A stretch of 64,000 bases of DNA from Bugula neritina (GCA_964035545.1 OZ037770.1:12016442-12080441); one strand, 5' to 3'. Positions 1 to 14,145 are shown, counted from the stretch's first letter. Program-made: numbers and translations. Notes: generated by a model not told the origin, from the letters alone.

Positions 1-839
1 AGAGTTATATAAATAGATCATATGCTCAAATCTTTTACAAAACTGTCATGCACTGGATTATGTTGCAATGAAAATTGAAAAGAAATAGAAAATGCGTTCA
101 CGATTTTCAGAGTTATCATATTAATTTAACTTTTTCCTATACCAAACTATAATGTCTTATGGTCTCAGTAGATGCTACACTGATCAGATAATAAACCATT
201 TTGCAGATCATCTGTAAGATTATTAAAGTTTTGTCTTAGAAATTAATAAAGGAAGACAATTCCTTTTCTCCATTGCAGCTCACAGACCTATTAATAGCTT
301 TTATCACAACACAATTGTAAACTACACCAACTAATATAAAACTACACAAACTATTATTTTGTAAAAGTTCACAATTTTTTCATGCATTTTTTAGGAGTTT
401 TCAACTCTTGCATATCACAGTTTGCTTCAGGTATATAAAGTGTACACAACTTCAATTAATTTTTTAGGCTTGAACCTTTTTTTCAATTCAGTTAGACAAA
501 AAACTATTTATAGCTCTGTCTAGCAGATTGGGAAGGTAACTCTTAGTTAACTGAAATTCAGCATCAAATTGATGTCATGCATGGCTAACCTCTGTACCAT
601 CAGGGCTTAGAACAGGGCCTGGTGAACAAATAGAACACCTTTTGCTATAATAAAATAAAAATTTCAAATATAGATTTTGGTGCCAGCATTTAAAATATTT
701 TTCCCTGGTACCCTGATAATTGATATTTTATATTTTAGTATATTATTGTAATATATTATGTTTTACTCTGAATAATGCTATTAATAGCTTTAAAGGTGGG
801 TTTTTAAACTTGCTTATGACCATATATAAAAATATAGTG

Positions 840-1088
<249 letters not shown>

Positions 1089-1794
1089 GCAAAAACAATT
1101 AAATAATTAAACTACATAGTATATAGAGAAAATTAGGATGCACAGCTATAATCTGTGACAATGCAGTGGTTTATATATTATATACACTGCAGCTTATAGC
1201 ATATGACATTAATATATTTTTTAGATCTTACCCGCTCAAACAAATACTTTCTAACTATTTTAGTGAAAGGAGACAGAATATAATCAAATCTTAATGCATG
1301 TCTGAAAACTAGCTCTTCTAAAAGCACTATTTCATGATTATGTATAGGTTTCGTTTTGCTATTAAGAATGGAGGAGTAAGCAAGTAGCATTTAATGAAAT
1401 ACATTTACTATATTCTTTTTATTATTTGTTATTAATTATTATTGATGATTGCATGTTATATCAAATAATATAGACTCCCTTGGTTCATCTCAACTGTTAT
1501 GCAATTATGAGGTAAAGAAAAGGACATGCTTGGTAAGATTTTGTTGTCAACCAGCACATTAATACACTGATAAAGCAATATATAGTATTTCAGTTCTATC
1601 TCCTGGTATATTAAAGTAAATTTAATATATCATCATTGTAAAATCATTACATACACTGTTCCTTACCTGGTAGTGTAGCATATTGTGGGCTGGATTAATG
1701 TCCAAATAAACTCTCTAAGAGGTTATATATGTAGTATATCAAGCACTCTACACAAGAGTCATAACCAAACTCTCTATAGCTGATATACAACATC

Positions 1795-4700
1795 ATGAGC
1801 ACTCTTTCTGACTTTCCTGAAGATACTGTCAGTAATGTGAGTTTGCATTTCGCTGCCGAGTTATACAACTTCTCTCAGACTAACTTAGAATGGCAGCTAG
1901 AAAAAGAAGTTATAGAGAAAAGACAAAGAGCACACGTGGGTCAAGTGCTTATGCGTTTTCATATTGCATCTGGATGTTTCATTTTGCTGGCAAATGGGTA
2001 TCTTATAGGATTTTATATAAAGTACCCTAAATTAAGAAGACACGTTGGAGTAACGATGCTTGCTGCTTTTATTGCTATATTTCTTCAGGTAAGTTTATTA
2101 AAGGGGAAAGCTGAGAAAATCCAATAGCGTGAACAAATGTTTAGAGAATTGCTTGAGGCGAAAGCTCAGAAAATGTTTCATCGGCGTTTTTGAAGGTGCT
2201 TTGCATGATCCAGAACTTCAAGCTCATAGTTAGAACCTTAATTAATGTTTTTAAAGTATTGTATTTTTTATTAGAAAAGGTAAGGTAGCGTTTTGCAACT
2301 TGAAACAAAGGGGCTTCTTTTGTTTCTAAGGTAAGTATATGAAGCTTACATTTGTAACTCTACGCGTTGGCTTGTTAGAAGACGTAATATAATGCCTATA
2401 TATCTGCCAACAATATCTTGTTTATTTATTTAAATTTTTTGCACATAAATTTGTGTCTTATTATAGTATTCTGTATAGTTATTGTAAATAAATATATACA
2501 TACAGTTGCTGTGTAATAGTGAATATATTTATACAGAAATGTTGTTTCCATTGTAGGGAGTCACAGAACTGGTTTTCCGACCACTCTACTTTTCAGGGTA
2601 TGTGGACCAAACCATACTAAATCTCTCAAGGAAGGGGATGATTGTCCTGTGTGCCCTTAGCAGTGTACTTCATGAGTTCACAGTCTATTTGGTAGCTTTG
2701 CTATTACCTCTACTCAGCATAGAGAAATATATACGGGTAAGTTATTTGGTTCAGTAAAACTCAGAAAGTGATTGTAAATTTTATAGCAGACAAAATAAAT
2801 ATTGCTTCCTGTTTTCAAATTCCCAAATTGCCATCATTTTCAATTCCTATAAAGTTCCTACGACCCATGTTTTCATTAGTCTAAAATAATTGATTTCTTG
2901 CTTTTACAAAATTACTTACTATATACAAGGGCTGGCAAACATTAAAATATTATAACAAGTGTAGCAAAGCTATTTATTAGTAATCAGCCATTTATTAGAA
3001 TAGGGAAAAGAAACTATTGAAGGGTGTATTAGCTTACGTTTTTTCCTACTTTTTGACTACCATCTAAAGCGAAGATCTATCTTTTGAGAATATTCACTCA
3101 GTTTTTAAGTATTTATGCAAACTATATAAGTTTTCTAGTTATTTACAGTAAGTCATATTTAAAGCTAGTAACAAAATAAGCCTGGACTTTTTTGTTATGC
3201 TATATCACATACTTTGTTTTTTTTATGATTGATTGCCTTTTTTCACAAAATATTATTATTTGCGTGCAGGTAAAGTTTCCCCATCAAAAAGAGGCTGTTA
3301 CCAGAACATTATTTATTGGTGGTATTATATCTGCTACGCTCACTGCTCTAGTAATAGCCTTTCTTCCTATAACTGATGCATATACAGCTGAACCAGTTTG
3401 GGCCGAGTGCAACGGTACCTTTGTGAAGAATGACTATACAACATGCACTCTTGGAATTATGGCTTTTATTGCTATAGCTGTGAGTAACTTTGCATATACT
3501 TTGCGTGATTTATGAAAAATACAAAACTATAAAATATGTGATTCAAGCATGTTGATATATAATTATATATTATATTATATTATACTATATTATATTATAT
3601 TACTTTACATTATATTATATTATAATATATTTTTATACTATATTATATTATATTATGTATTATATCATTTTATATTATATTACATTGTATTACATTATAT
3701 TATATTATATCATAATTAACATGCACAGTCCTCTTTACTAACATAATATTATAACATGTTTGACCTGCAGCACATAGTAAAACTACCAGCATATTTTATT
3801 ATTATGTTACTTCTTTAATGTTTTAAAATAAACTAAAAGTAAAAATATTATTACGCCGTACTAACAATATTCCTTATGTGCTATCATCTTCTATATAGCA
3901 TTATGTGAATATATTTTTTATTCATGTTTGGAAATAGCTCTTCTCCATCTAAAACACCATTATACAATGTGTATTCTTGTGGCTTGGGTAATCTTCTACA
4001 TTTGAATGCTAGGTAATTGTCTAATTCTAGAAGAAGAGCAGAACTGATACTGATTATATTTAAAGCCTCATTATCTACACACAGATTAGTGTTATGTCAA
4101 GTGTCATGTGGTAATCCATCTCTCCAGTTTTCTACCTTGTAGTGTTATGTAATGCCAAACTTGCAGTTATTGATTAAAAGCTTAGAAATAATCCATAAGA
4201 GATTAGTAAAATTATATTTCAGACGAATATATATGTGCTTTTAAAACACCTTATATACAATGTTAAATAATATGTATCATGTGTTAGATAATGTTAGTGT
4301 TTGAAACCTGTTTAGGAAGTCGTAACTTGATTTTTTGTGGGTTTTTCTGCTACATGCATGCTTGAATAATAATAACTGTCTAAAGATAATATAGAGGTGG
4401 GATAACTACTAATATATAGCACTTATCCCACCCCTGCAATAACTGTTTTTATGTGCACCAAAATCTTCATATAGATATCATATGATTGATTTATTGATTT
4501 ATTACATATCACAGATATGAAGACGTACTATGTGAAGTTCAGTGTTAAGACTGGTCATGATAAGTAGACATGAGTTAAAGTGGAGAAAAAAAAGTCAGAA
4601 CTCTGTTAAATTATCTAAAATAAAAGATTATTTAAAGTATTTACAAGATGTCATAAAAAACTTTTTCTGCCTCATATGCTTCTCTATATTTAATTGTATT

Positions 4701-5842
4701 TGTGAATCTCATTGTAGATTCCGATTATTATGTACTCTCTGATGGTGAGAATAGGAAAGAAAACTCTTCGAGGCAGCAGTCTGAGTCATAGAAAAGCATT
4801 TCTGATAAAGAGAGCTTCTATCACAGCTGCTGCCATCTCAGTAGTCTACGTGCTGTCGTCAGCACCACACGCTGTCGTGCTGTCTTTGATTCTCTCGTGT
4901 AAAACTGGTCATCTTTCCAGAAACTTCTGTGATAAACAGAGGAAACACCTGAATCTACTTTACCTACTAGCTGTACAGGTTCATCTTATCTCTTGTAACT
5001 AGTATTAGCAATATTTACATATTATATTATATATTCTATATAAAATACTATTATATTTTAAAAATTATTATTATAATTATCATAATTATTATATTATACA
5101 TATAACAAATATAAATAAGATTAAAAATATTATAAAGTGTTATTATATAAATATTATTATAATATTATAAAAAGTATATATTATATTATATTATATATTA
5201 TTCTCTGCTCAAAGTAAAGTCTTACCATATCTTTTAACAATTGAAATATTTTATGATAAATTTTCTGTTAGTCAATTGAATTTATGACATTTGTATCGTA
5301 TGTAAAGCAAACTGGATGTAATACGAAGAATAAGGTGGCCAGTATGCAAATAGAGATTATTATAACTGACAATAATAGTTTGCAGTTTCAATATTGGCAA
5401 ATTATAATACAATATTGTTTATAAATCTGTGTTTTAGTCAATGAATTAATAAAAAATAATTATATATATATATATTTTATATTCTAGAAACTCGGATATG
5501 CCGCTGCCCCAATATTTTTCACTCTTCTGCAGCCGAAGCTGCGGCAGCAAATGCTCCAGTGCTGGAGACAACTTTGCTTTAGCTCAGCCGTCCAATCAGA
5601 GAACAGCTGTCTGTCAGGCATAACTAGTTCTAGAAAAGGCACTAGTCATAACAAGGTAAGATAACTCTTAAAATTTTTCCTATTCAAGAATGTATACTTG
5701 CTTGTGCCTGTGTGTTTTTTTAAAAAAACATCGCACAAATGTGTTCCTTTGCTTGCAGGTGTCGTACAGCATTACAAGTACAGACAATTCTAAACCAGTT
5801 TTCACAGAACCAGTCAGCACTGCTTTAGCAGCCCCACTTTAG
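1795..5842 (+). CDS. Orphan rhodopsin-like (class A) GPCR, about 398 aa, 6 exons
   Basis: Exons 1795-2088, 2557-2736, 3270-3479, 4718-4978, 5488-5655, 5759-5842, all GT-AG and all phase 0. Seven hydrophobic segments. TM1 Asn (LLANG); TM3 Cys plus SIEKY (DRY variant); ECL2 Cys (WAEC); TM5 IPIIMY; TM6 SSAP; TM7 APIFF (NPxxY variant) followed by helix-8 PKLR. AATAAA at 5933-5938. Confidence 0.85.
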
Positions 5843-6140
5843 CAGTTTATGCAGAACTCACAACATCTAAGCTGCATCATGAATTGTGTGAAAACTTGCC
5901 CTGAGACCAACAAGCAATCTCCTCACCTATTCAATAAAACATTTCCATCTGCAGATGGAAGAGTGTTCCAAGTTTTTAATCATCTCTTTTCCTGCAAAAG
6001 TTGAAATGGTGCAAAATTATATAATATCATAAATTTTTATTTGTAATTAGATTGTACATTTTTTCGTGCATACATGTATTTAACAAAGAATTTCTCAAAT
6101 AAAAAACTGTATATACTTAGTCTCATATACTGCATTACAT

Positions 6141-6385
6141 TTTTTCGTATTCTCACCTATCTCCGCTTTGTTCTGTTTGGTTAGCGGGAAAACTCACGCA
6201 AGTTTATAGTCACTATCCCTGTGAGAAACCCCTGATGGAAAGGATTTTTGTTATATAGAGCGGGCTAAGCTGCTAAGGACTTGTTTAGATGAGGTACAAA
6301 AGCAATTATGACTGGATGTTTTGAACCCATGACTTCGTGTTCACAAAGCAAATGTTTTAACCCCTAGACCACGGCTGCTCCACTC
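6141..6385 (-). mobile_element. tRNA-derived SINE, apparently full-length copy with TSD
   Basis: Minus strand begins GGAGCAGCCGTGGTCTAGGGG (A-box-like), has GGTTCAAAAC (B-box-like) and ends in a short A tail. Flanked by 14-bp direct repeat ATACTGCATTACAT (6127-6140, 6386-6399). Related copies occur at 10.9 and 11.7 kb. Confidence 0.75.
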
Positions 6386-6555
6386 ATACTGCATTACATG
6401 TTTAATATAATTTGTGTTTCAAAATTTTATTTTGATTTTATATCTCAACACCTTTTCATAAATGATGCTTCTTTAAATTTTTTTGCATATAGAGAGTCAC
6501 GAATTGCTTTGTATAGTTTGTCATCAGTTTTCTGGCAATTTCATAACACCTAGGG

Positions 6556-6562
6556 TATATAT
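6556..6562 (+). promoter_or_regulatory. Putative TATA box of the mucin-like gene
   Basis: TATATAT about 60 bp upstream of the ATG at 6619. Confidence 0.35.
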
Positions 6563-6618
6563 TGAAGCTTGAAATAGTGGCAGGAACATTTTGAATGCAG
6601 TTTTTCTAAAGAGCAACA

Positions 6619-8861
6619 ATGAACATTATTCTGCCGATACTTGCTGCTTGCATTTGGATGCAGGCCACTCAAGCCAGGCCATCTGTAAGTGTTTCTATTA
6701 CATATGCTGGTGTCATAAACACACTACGATTTGCTAAGGAATAGTAAAATTCCTAATCAAACTTTAATGAAAATGCTAAAACGTTATGTCATTGTTGATA
6801 TTTCAAATAAACAATTTTTTCACAAAAGATCTTATATTTACTTAAAGATTTAATTAGACATTTAAAATATTGCAACTAAAAGTAGTCATTAAAATGTAAA
6901 GAATGTTTTAATCACTGATGGTAACGGTTGAATTTGCTGTGTTGCAACTGCTTTTTTACAAAAATAAAATGATGATTTAATAGTACAAACCATGCATATG
7001 TCCATGTTTGTTGACTATGTGTGAGCAGAAAATACAGAAGTAGGTACTAAACAATCATGTTTTTAGAACTTACACATAAGTGTGCTGAATAATCAGGTTC
7101 TTAGAGCCCAGCAATTGTACTGATGGTCATAAATAAGTTAGGAACAAAATAAAACCATGTGGAGTTATATATTACTGAACTAACTGAACAATAGTTAGCT
7201 AGTAAGTGTTGGCTTTTTTTTATGCTATGACAGCATAATATGTTTGCATAAATTAAAACTTTTAGTATTTTTTTATAAAAAAATTCTAATTAAGTATAAT
7301 TATACTAATCTATTACATACATACAAATTATAATTTTGAAAGCTTAAAAGTCCAAATACTGGCAATTGAAACTTTTTCAGCTGCGACAGCAGAATTAGGC
7401 ATATTTTTATAATAAAAATGATGAAGGTCTATAAGTACATGTTCTGTAAAAGCTTTACTAGTTTTGAAGTAATAGCTATAACAACTAAAATCCAGCGACC
7501 ATGAATGAAGCGAATTTCAATCAAACTGCTTCCTGTTTCAGGATCGACACAACCAATGCATGGAAATCTGCACATTTATTTGTCCAGAAGAAGATGAGCA
7601 CAGTATGGAAGAGCATCAGGGGATGACTACGTTTGCAGACGAAGCGGCACTCACTCGCACTACCAAGAGCTATTGGTCACCAATAATCACCGAGTCTACT
7701 TTCTACAATTATTTTTTTTCTGACTCAACAAACGCCAGTACCTCGACTACTGACAGTACCCCTACTACCACAAGTGATCCTACTACTTCCAATGTCCCTA
7801 CTACCACCAATGTTCCTACTACCACCAATGTTCCTACTACCACCAATGTCCCTACTACCACCAATGTCCCTACTACTACCACCAATGTCCCTACCGCCAC
7901 CAATGCCCCGACTACCGCCCCCTATGTCCCTACTACTACCACTAGTGCTCCTGTTACTGCCAATATCCCTACTACCGCCACCAATGTCCGTTCTGCCAAC
8001 ACCTATCTCCCTATTATCTACATCAATGTTCCTACTACTACCACCACCAATGCCCCTATTATCGCCAACAATGTCCCTACTACCACCACCAACGCCCCTA
8101 CTACCACCACCAATGTCTCTACTACCACCAATGTTCCTACTACCACCACCAATGTTCCTACTACTACCACCAATGTTCCTACTACCGCCAATGTTCCTAC
8201 TACTACCACCACCAACGCCCCTACTACCACCACCAATGTCTCTACTACCACCAATGTTCCTACTACCACCACCAATGTTCCTACTACTACCACCAATGTT
8301 CCTACTACCGCCAATGTTCCTACTACTACCACCACCAATGCCCCTATTATCGCCAACAATGTCCCTACTACCACCACCAATTTACCTACTACCACCACCA
8401 ATGCCCCTACTACCACCACCAATTTACCTACTACCACCACCAATTTACCTACTACCACCACCAATGTTCCTACTACCACCACCAATGTCCCTGCTACCAC
8501 CACCAATGTCCCTACTACCACAACCAATGTCCCTACCACCAATGTTCCTACTACCACCAATGTCTCTACCACCACCAATGTCTCTACTACCACCAATGTT
8601 CCTACTACTACCACCAATGTTCCTACTACCACCAATGTTCCTACTACCACCAATGTTCCTACTACTACCACCACCAATGCCCATACTACCACCACCGATG
8701 CCCCTACTACCACCAACAATGTTCCTACCGTTGGACTATCAGAGAGTATCATTGAAAGAAAGAAAAGGCATGCTATAATAGTAGCGGAAAGTGATTCAGG
8801 CAATGATGAAGAACACCATGGCTGTAGAATGAGCTGCACGAATACTTGCAGTCATAAATAA
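6619..8861 (+). CDS. Secreted Thr/Pro-rich mucin-like precursor with terminal CxxxCxxxC motifs, 461 aa, 2 exons
   Basis: Exon 1 (6619-6684) encodes signal peptide MNIILPILAACIWMQATQA-RPS and ends at GTAAGT. Exon 2 (7542-8861) is in frame: DRHNQCMEICTFIC..., about 310 aa of TTTNVP-type repeats, RKKR at 8757-8768, then HAIIV...CRMSCTNTCSHK-stop. Confidence 0.85.
7760..8730 (+). repeat. Coding minisatellite (AATGTYCCTACTACCACC units) encoding the PTS domain
   Basis: 18-24 bp units, with a higher-order duplicated block around 8090-8330. Confidence 0.95.
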
Positions 8862-10603
8862 CTACTTTCTAGAAAATTGAACATTTTCTTTTGAAATTTA
8901 TTTAGGAAAAACAACTTCGAACATGTTTTTATTTGTGTTAAGTTACCAGTTTAATTTAAATCATTATAATATTTTACTCATAAAGTCTTTGAACAAGCCT
9001 TTTTTACGAATAAAAGCTGAATCTAATAAAATAATCAAAAGGGAAATGGTGTCTAAACAATTATTTTAAAGCTCACATAAGTTGATAATTTTCATTTCTG
9101 ATACAAAGGGTTGCTTTCAATTTCGTTAACATAAAATTTTGCTTATGTGTCTTAAAAAATGCAATGTTTCGATTTTGTGATATATCTTTAAGATCTTAAA
9201 TAAAAAAGTTAAACTAGGTATTATAATTTATTATTATTTTGCTTACAATAAAAATAATTTCAATCTATAACTTCTAATTTTGCTGTATAACAGACTTTAT
9301 AAGCTGCAAGCATAGAAAAATATTAATTTTATGTTAAATAGATTTCAAAATTTATTTCTTACAAAATTAGTCATACAATTTGTCAGCCATAGCCATATTA
9401 CGTAACTTGAAATCATAACAAAGCCAATGTAGGCTACATCGCATCATGTGATAACCTCACTTCTACGCAACTTTTTGCCTCATCATTTGAGAGTGCTAGA
9501 TGCAAACACATGCATTTCAATTTTAGAGCTGTTTGATTTCATATTATTTTGCTTTCTAATTTTGAAATTATTAAATTTAAAAGTAGAAATTTAAATAGAG
9601 CGATATATATGAAAATTTATATATTATATTAACATAGTATGCTTCTTCAATTAGCGCTATAGAATAAGAAATTTAGAAAAGGGGTTTTCTACTCCTAAAC
9701 TTTAGTTCAGTTAGAGTTGTTAGTTTAGTAAAATCTACTAGGCAATTTATTGTTGCAAGTGAACTGACCTTTTCTAATGAGAAACTCTTTTTTTAATAAT
9801 TATTTAATAAAAGCTATAGCAGGTAAATTTCCTACCTGAATATGCCAAGAGACCTGATATCTGCACCTTAATATTTGCATCTGCACTTTTATCTGCATAT
9901 TTTGTAATAAGGACATCTGTGCTCTACTATCTGATCCTACTCTATTTAAACACAGCTTAGCACAACTGGCTCCTAGATAGATGATCAAACTACCCACAAA
10001 TAATTAGGAGAAGACAAGTCTAAAATGCAGAGAGCTTTTCAAAAAAGGACAAACAACTCCTTGTCTTTGATCATGTTTTTATTTGTATTAAGTTACCAGT
10101 TATAGTGTAACTAGTTGATAGTTACTAGTTTAGTAAAAATTACTGGCAATTTGTTGTTGCAAGTGAACTGACCTTTTCGAATGAGAAACTCTTTATTCAA
10201 TGATTATTTAATAAAAGCTATAGCAGATAAATTTTCTACTTGAATATGCAAAAATACCTGATATTTGCACAATTGCTTAGGATACACACTGTTATATAAT
10301 GTAAGATGATATAATAATAATAATAGTTATGGCAATAAAAAATAAAATAATGCAAATAGTTTTTTCCATTTACTGATTTATGTAGAATAATAACAACTTG
10401 AAAGAAAAAATTCTTGTGGTTAAAAGATGCAATAATGAAGTATTTATGAAGCACATAGAATTAATTTTTTACTTTTTATATATAATTCAACAAGCTTTAA
10501 CTAGTTTTCTTAATGACCTAAGCATAGAATAAGTATAGAGTAGGTATATAATAAGTATAGAGTAGGTGTAAAGAAGGTGTAGAGTAAGTGCATAGAGTAA
10601 GTG

Positions 10604-10729
<126 letters not shown>

Positions 10730-10850
10730 GCAAAATATGTATAAAAACATTTATACTTATTAAATTGTGGTTAGAGTCAAATATAATCAAGTTTTAAATG
10801 TGTCATATCAAAATACATAAGGATATAACATATAAAATTATAAAAAAACT

Positions 10851-11062
10851 AACGGAAGTTTATTTATAGTCACCATCCCTGTAAGAAACCCCTGATGAAA
10901 GAGGTTTTTGTTAAAGCGGGCTATGGACTTATTTTAATGAGGCACAGAAGCAATTATGACTGGATGCTCTTCCTAACATCACTAATGGGCTTTGTCCGAC
11001 TGAACCCATGACATTCGTGCTTACTAGGCAAACACTTAAACCCCTAGACCACGGCTGCTCCC
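10851..11062 (-). mobile_element. tRNA-derived SINE copy
   Basis: Shares CCCTGT(A/G)AGAAACCCCTGATG, GCAATTATGACTGGATG and CCCCTAGACCACGGCTGCTCC with the 6141-6385 copy. Confidence 0.7.
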
Positions 11063-11665
11063 TATAACATATCAAACTATAGTATAGTTCTATATGCAAG
11101 ATAATTTGATATTTAGTTATGGTGATATGCTTTACTAATGTAAAATTCAAATCTACAAAATATGTTTGATAAATTGAGTTAATGATAATGTTTATATATT
11201 AAATTTAATTCCAGACTTCTATAATTATTGTAAAGATTTTTAAAATGAATTTATTTTAACACTGATGCTAAAGAACAACCAAGTTGAAACTATAAGTGAG
11301 TTTTGAAACAAAAACCTTGCATATCGCACAGCCAGACAGCGTCAGGGCAGATGAAGTTTCTCACACCTAACAATGCTAGGCAATGTTTCAACATATAAGA
11401 TTTATTTCTAATACCTGAAATAATTAGCAACAAGTTAACTTACAACATATTGCACTCATTGCATAAATTGATGGTAATTAGTGCTTTTGCAGTTGGTATA
11501 TATCCTTCCATATAAATGACTTTAACTGCAGAAAAAGGATTATCTATTGCCAGGATATTGCTTGCTAGTTTATATCAATTAACTTAAGCTATCGTGTAGC
11601 TCTCCATCTATTAATAACATCCTTCTATTCAGCACGTGAAGCTACCCAAGTGTATGACAAAAAAG

Positions 11666-11890
11666 CCTGCACAAGTTTATATAAGTCCTCATTTGTGTGA
11701 GAAAACCTCTGATGGAAGAGGTTTTTTGTTAAATCGGGCTAAGGACTTATTCAGATGGGGCACAGGAGTAATTATGACTGGTTGCTTTTCCTAACATCAT
11801 CAATGGCCCTATATAATTGTAGAGGTTAAACCTATATGACTTCGTGCTTATACTAGGCAAGCGCTTTAACCTCTAGACCACAGTTACACA
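11666..11890 (-). mobile_element. tRNA-derived SINE copy, more diverged
   Basis: Same blocks (GAGAAAACCTCTGATGGAAGAGG, ATTATGACTGG, CTCTAGACCAC). A 3'-end fragment of the family also lies at about 12750-12790. Confidence 0.65.
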
Positions 11891-13398
11891 GGGAGCAACC
11901 GTCTGATATTGTTTACTAAATCCTATACTGTTTGTCAAGATTTGCATATCAAAATCTTAAATTTCTTCCAGTATCAGCCACATGGTGGGTTGACCTCAGC
12001 AATAAAAAGTTCATATGGGATAGTGATTAAAAACTACAATAAATGATTAAAAATTTCAAGGAATTTTATTGCCATTCAAAATTAACATAAAACTGCAACA
12101 ATTGAAAAAACTGCTTTAGACTGAACTCTGCAAAGAATCTTGCATAATGTAAATATATCATAACCACACTGCTAAAATGAATTAAGCTAAACAACTTTAC
12201 ACTTTATATTTGTAAGATAGCAAGCACCAAACTATCTCAATTATGACTCGAACAGAGGAAGCACCATTTAAGAAAGTTGAAAACAGTTATAAATTTGTTC
12301 TATACTGACCATGCAGCTGTTTGTCTGGCTGTCTGTCTGTCCATACAATGTTTATATAAATCCATGAAAAACATGTGAACAGATTATAACTTATTTCATT
12401 ATGCTTTATGATTATATCTACTTCTACAATATATATAAAATGAACACTTAATGCCCATAGAACACTGGGCATTATATAGGCATATATACTTTATCATATA
12501 ATATAATTTTATGTTTTTTACTACAAGTTTGCATGGGATTATAAACATAAAATTAAAACAGGGTATTTTTACAATATAAACTGCTATAAGGATGAGAAAC
12601 CCCCCCCCCCCATATTTTATTTTATCCTTTAGATACTCAGATATTAAATATTGTTTTACAACAGCTTAAAGTTAATGCAGATCGTCTTTGCTGTAAACTG
12701 GTTGTGATTGAAAATTTGTCTGTCTAGTTGTTAGTTGATAATTCTTACCTATTCTCAAATATCTCCGCTTTGTCCTGTTCGGGTAGTGGGTAATTGTTAT
12801 TTGATAATACCAATGTGATAATATTTTGATTATCAACATATTTTAGCTTTTTTAAATGAAGCAATAGCTAATGACAATATCTTTCAAATTGCCACATATA
12901 TGCATCTGCATTATATAAAACATATACCTAATAGCTAACCAATTACCTGCACTTATACTCAGTTCAACAATAATTGTTTTAGTAATTGGTTAAATTGTAT
13001 AATGAAAATGTCAAACTCAAAAACTGAGGTTGAGATTTTTTTAATGTCTTTACAAGTTTTTTTCTAATTCAATTGAACTCCAAACTCCTAATTTACTATT
13101 TACTGTTTTACAAGAGTTAATGACATTAAGCTTTGACCTAACGTAAAATTAATTACTTTAATTCTAATCAAATTTACCTTCTTGAGCTGAAGTTCGGGAC
13201 TGGAATAATGATATAGATTCAATTAAAATAAATTGGAGGTAGAACAAGTAAAATTAGAACACTTTTTGGGCAAGCCAATGCTTATTGGTGAAAAATAACA
13301 GAAAAAAACATTTATGAATAGCAGTGGCATTAAGTGGCATTAATGGCTACATGTTAAAATTCAAACCACTGACTAGGGAATGAGAACACATGATCTAG

Positions 13399-13600
13399 CA
13401 AGCCTGTGGACCAGCCTGTGGACCAGCCTGTGGACCAGCCTGTGGACCAGCGTGTGGAATAGCCTGTGGACCGGCCTGTGGACCAACCTGTGGACCAACC
13501 TGTAGATCAACCTGTGGACCAGCCTGTAGACTAGCCTGTGAACCAGCCTGTAGACTAGCCTGTGGACCAACCTGTGGACCAGCCTGCGGACCAGCCTGTG
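13399..13600. repeat. 12-bp minisatellite (AGCCTGTGGACC)n, about 17 units
   Basis: Head-to-tail tandem units with no spacers, about 550 bp upstream of the sulfatase ATG. Confidence 0.95.
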
Positions 13601-14145
13601 TTACAACTACTGAACCGCTGCTGATGTTTCATAAACTTATGCAACTCAATTAAAAGTTGTATTTCAATAGCTTAGGCTGCATGGTATGAATTACCTAAAA
13701 CTCTGCATTTACAAAATATGAATTGTGTGAACTAATAATTATTATGCATTCAATTATGTTTATATAGGTATTGTTATGCTGTGTTTGAGCTGCTCATCAT
13801 AGTAATTGTGAATTAGTTCAACTTCCACATAATCTCAAAGCTAACAATGTTGTTATTTAGTTCATCCTGATATAATCCTATTATGTAGAGGTGTAACCTA
13901 TCACCACCCTAAGCATAATATTACCGATGCATTGCAAAAAATGCCAAACATTACAAATAAATGATGCGGCTGAAACAAGATACAATAGTTTGCATTTCAA
14001 CGTGATTACAAATCCATTAATCAAATTGTTGTCGTAATTAAGATAAATTACTCGCATGGAATGGTGATGTAAGAACGCAGGCAGTGACTATCACATATAA
14101 ACAGCCTATCACAGATTGTTTAACTTCAGTAAGTCAGTTGCCTGC

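Noticed and set aside
7709-8839. Long overlapping ORFs (Pro/Leu-rich +1 frame; Val/Gly-rich antisense)
   Set aside because: By-products of a stop-free coding minisatellite. Only the Thr-rich frame joins the signal-peptide exon and the unique termini.
9720-10270. Direct repeat of about 150 bp (about 9720-9870 and 10125-10270) as LTRs
   Set aside because: No TG..CA ends, PBS/PPT or internal coding sequence; a local duplication.
13373-13600. 12-bp repeat array as a CRISPR array or a VHRL-repeat protein
   Set aside because: Head-to-tail units without spacers, eukaryotic context, no cas genes; a plain minisatellite.
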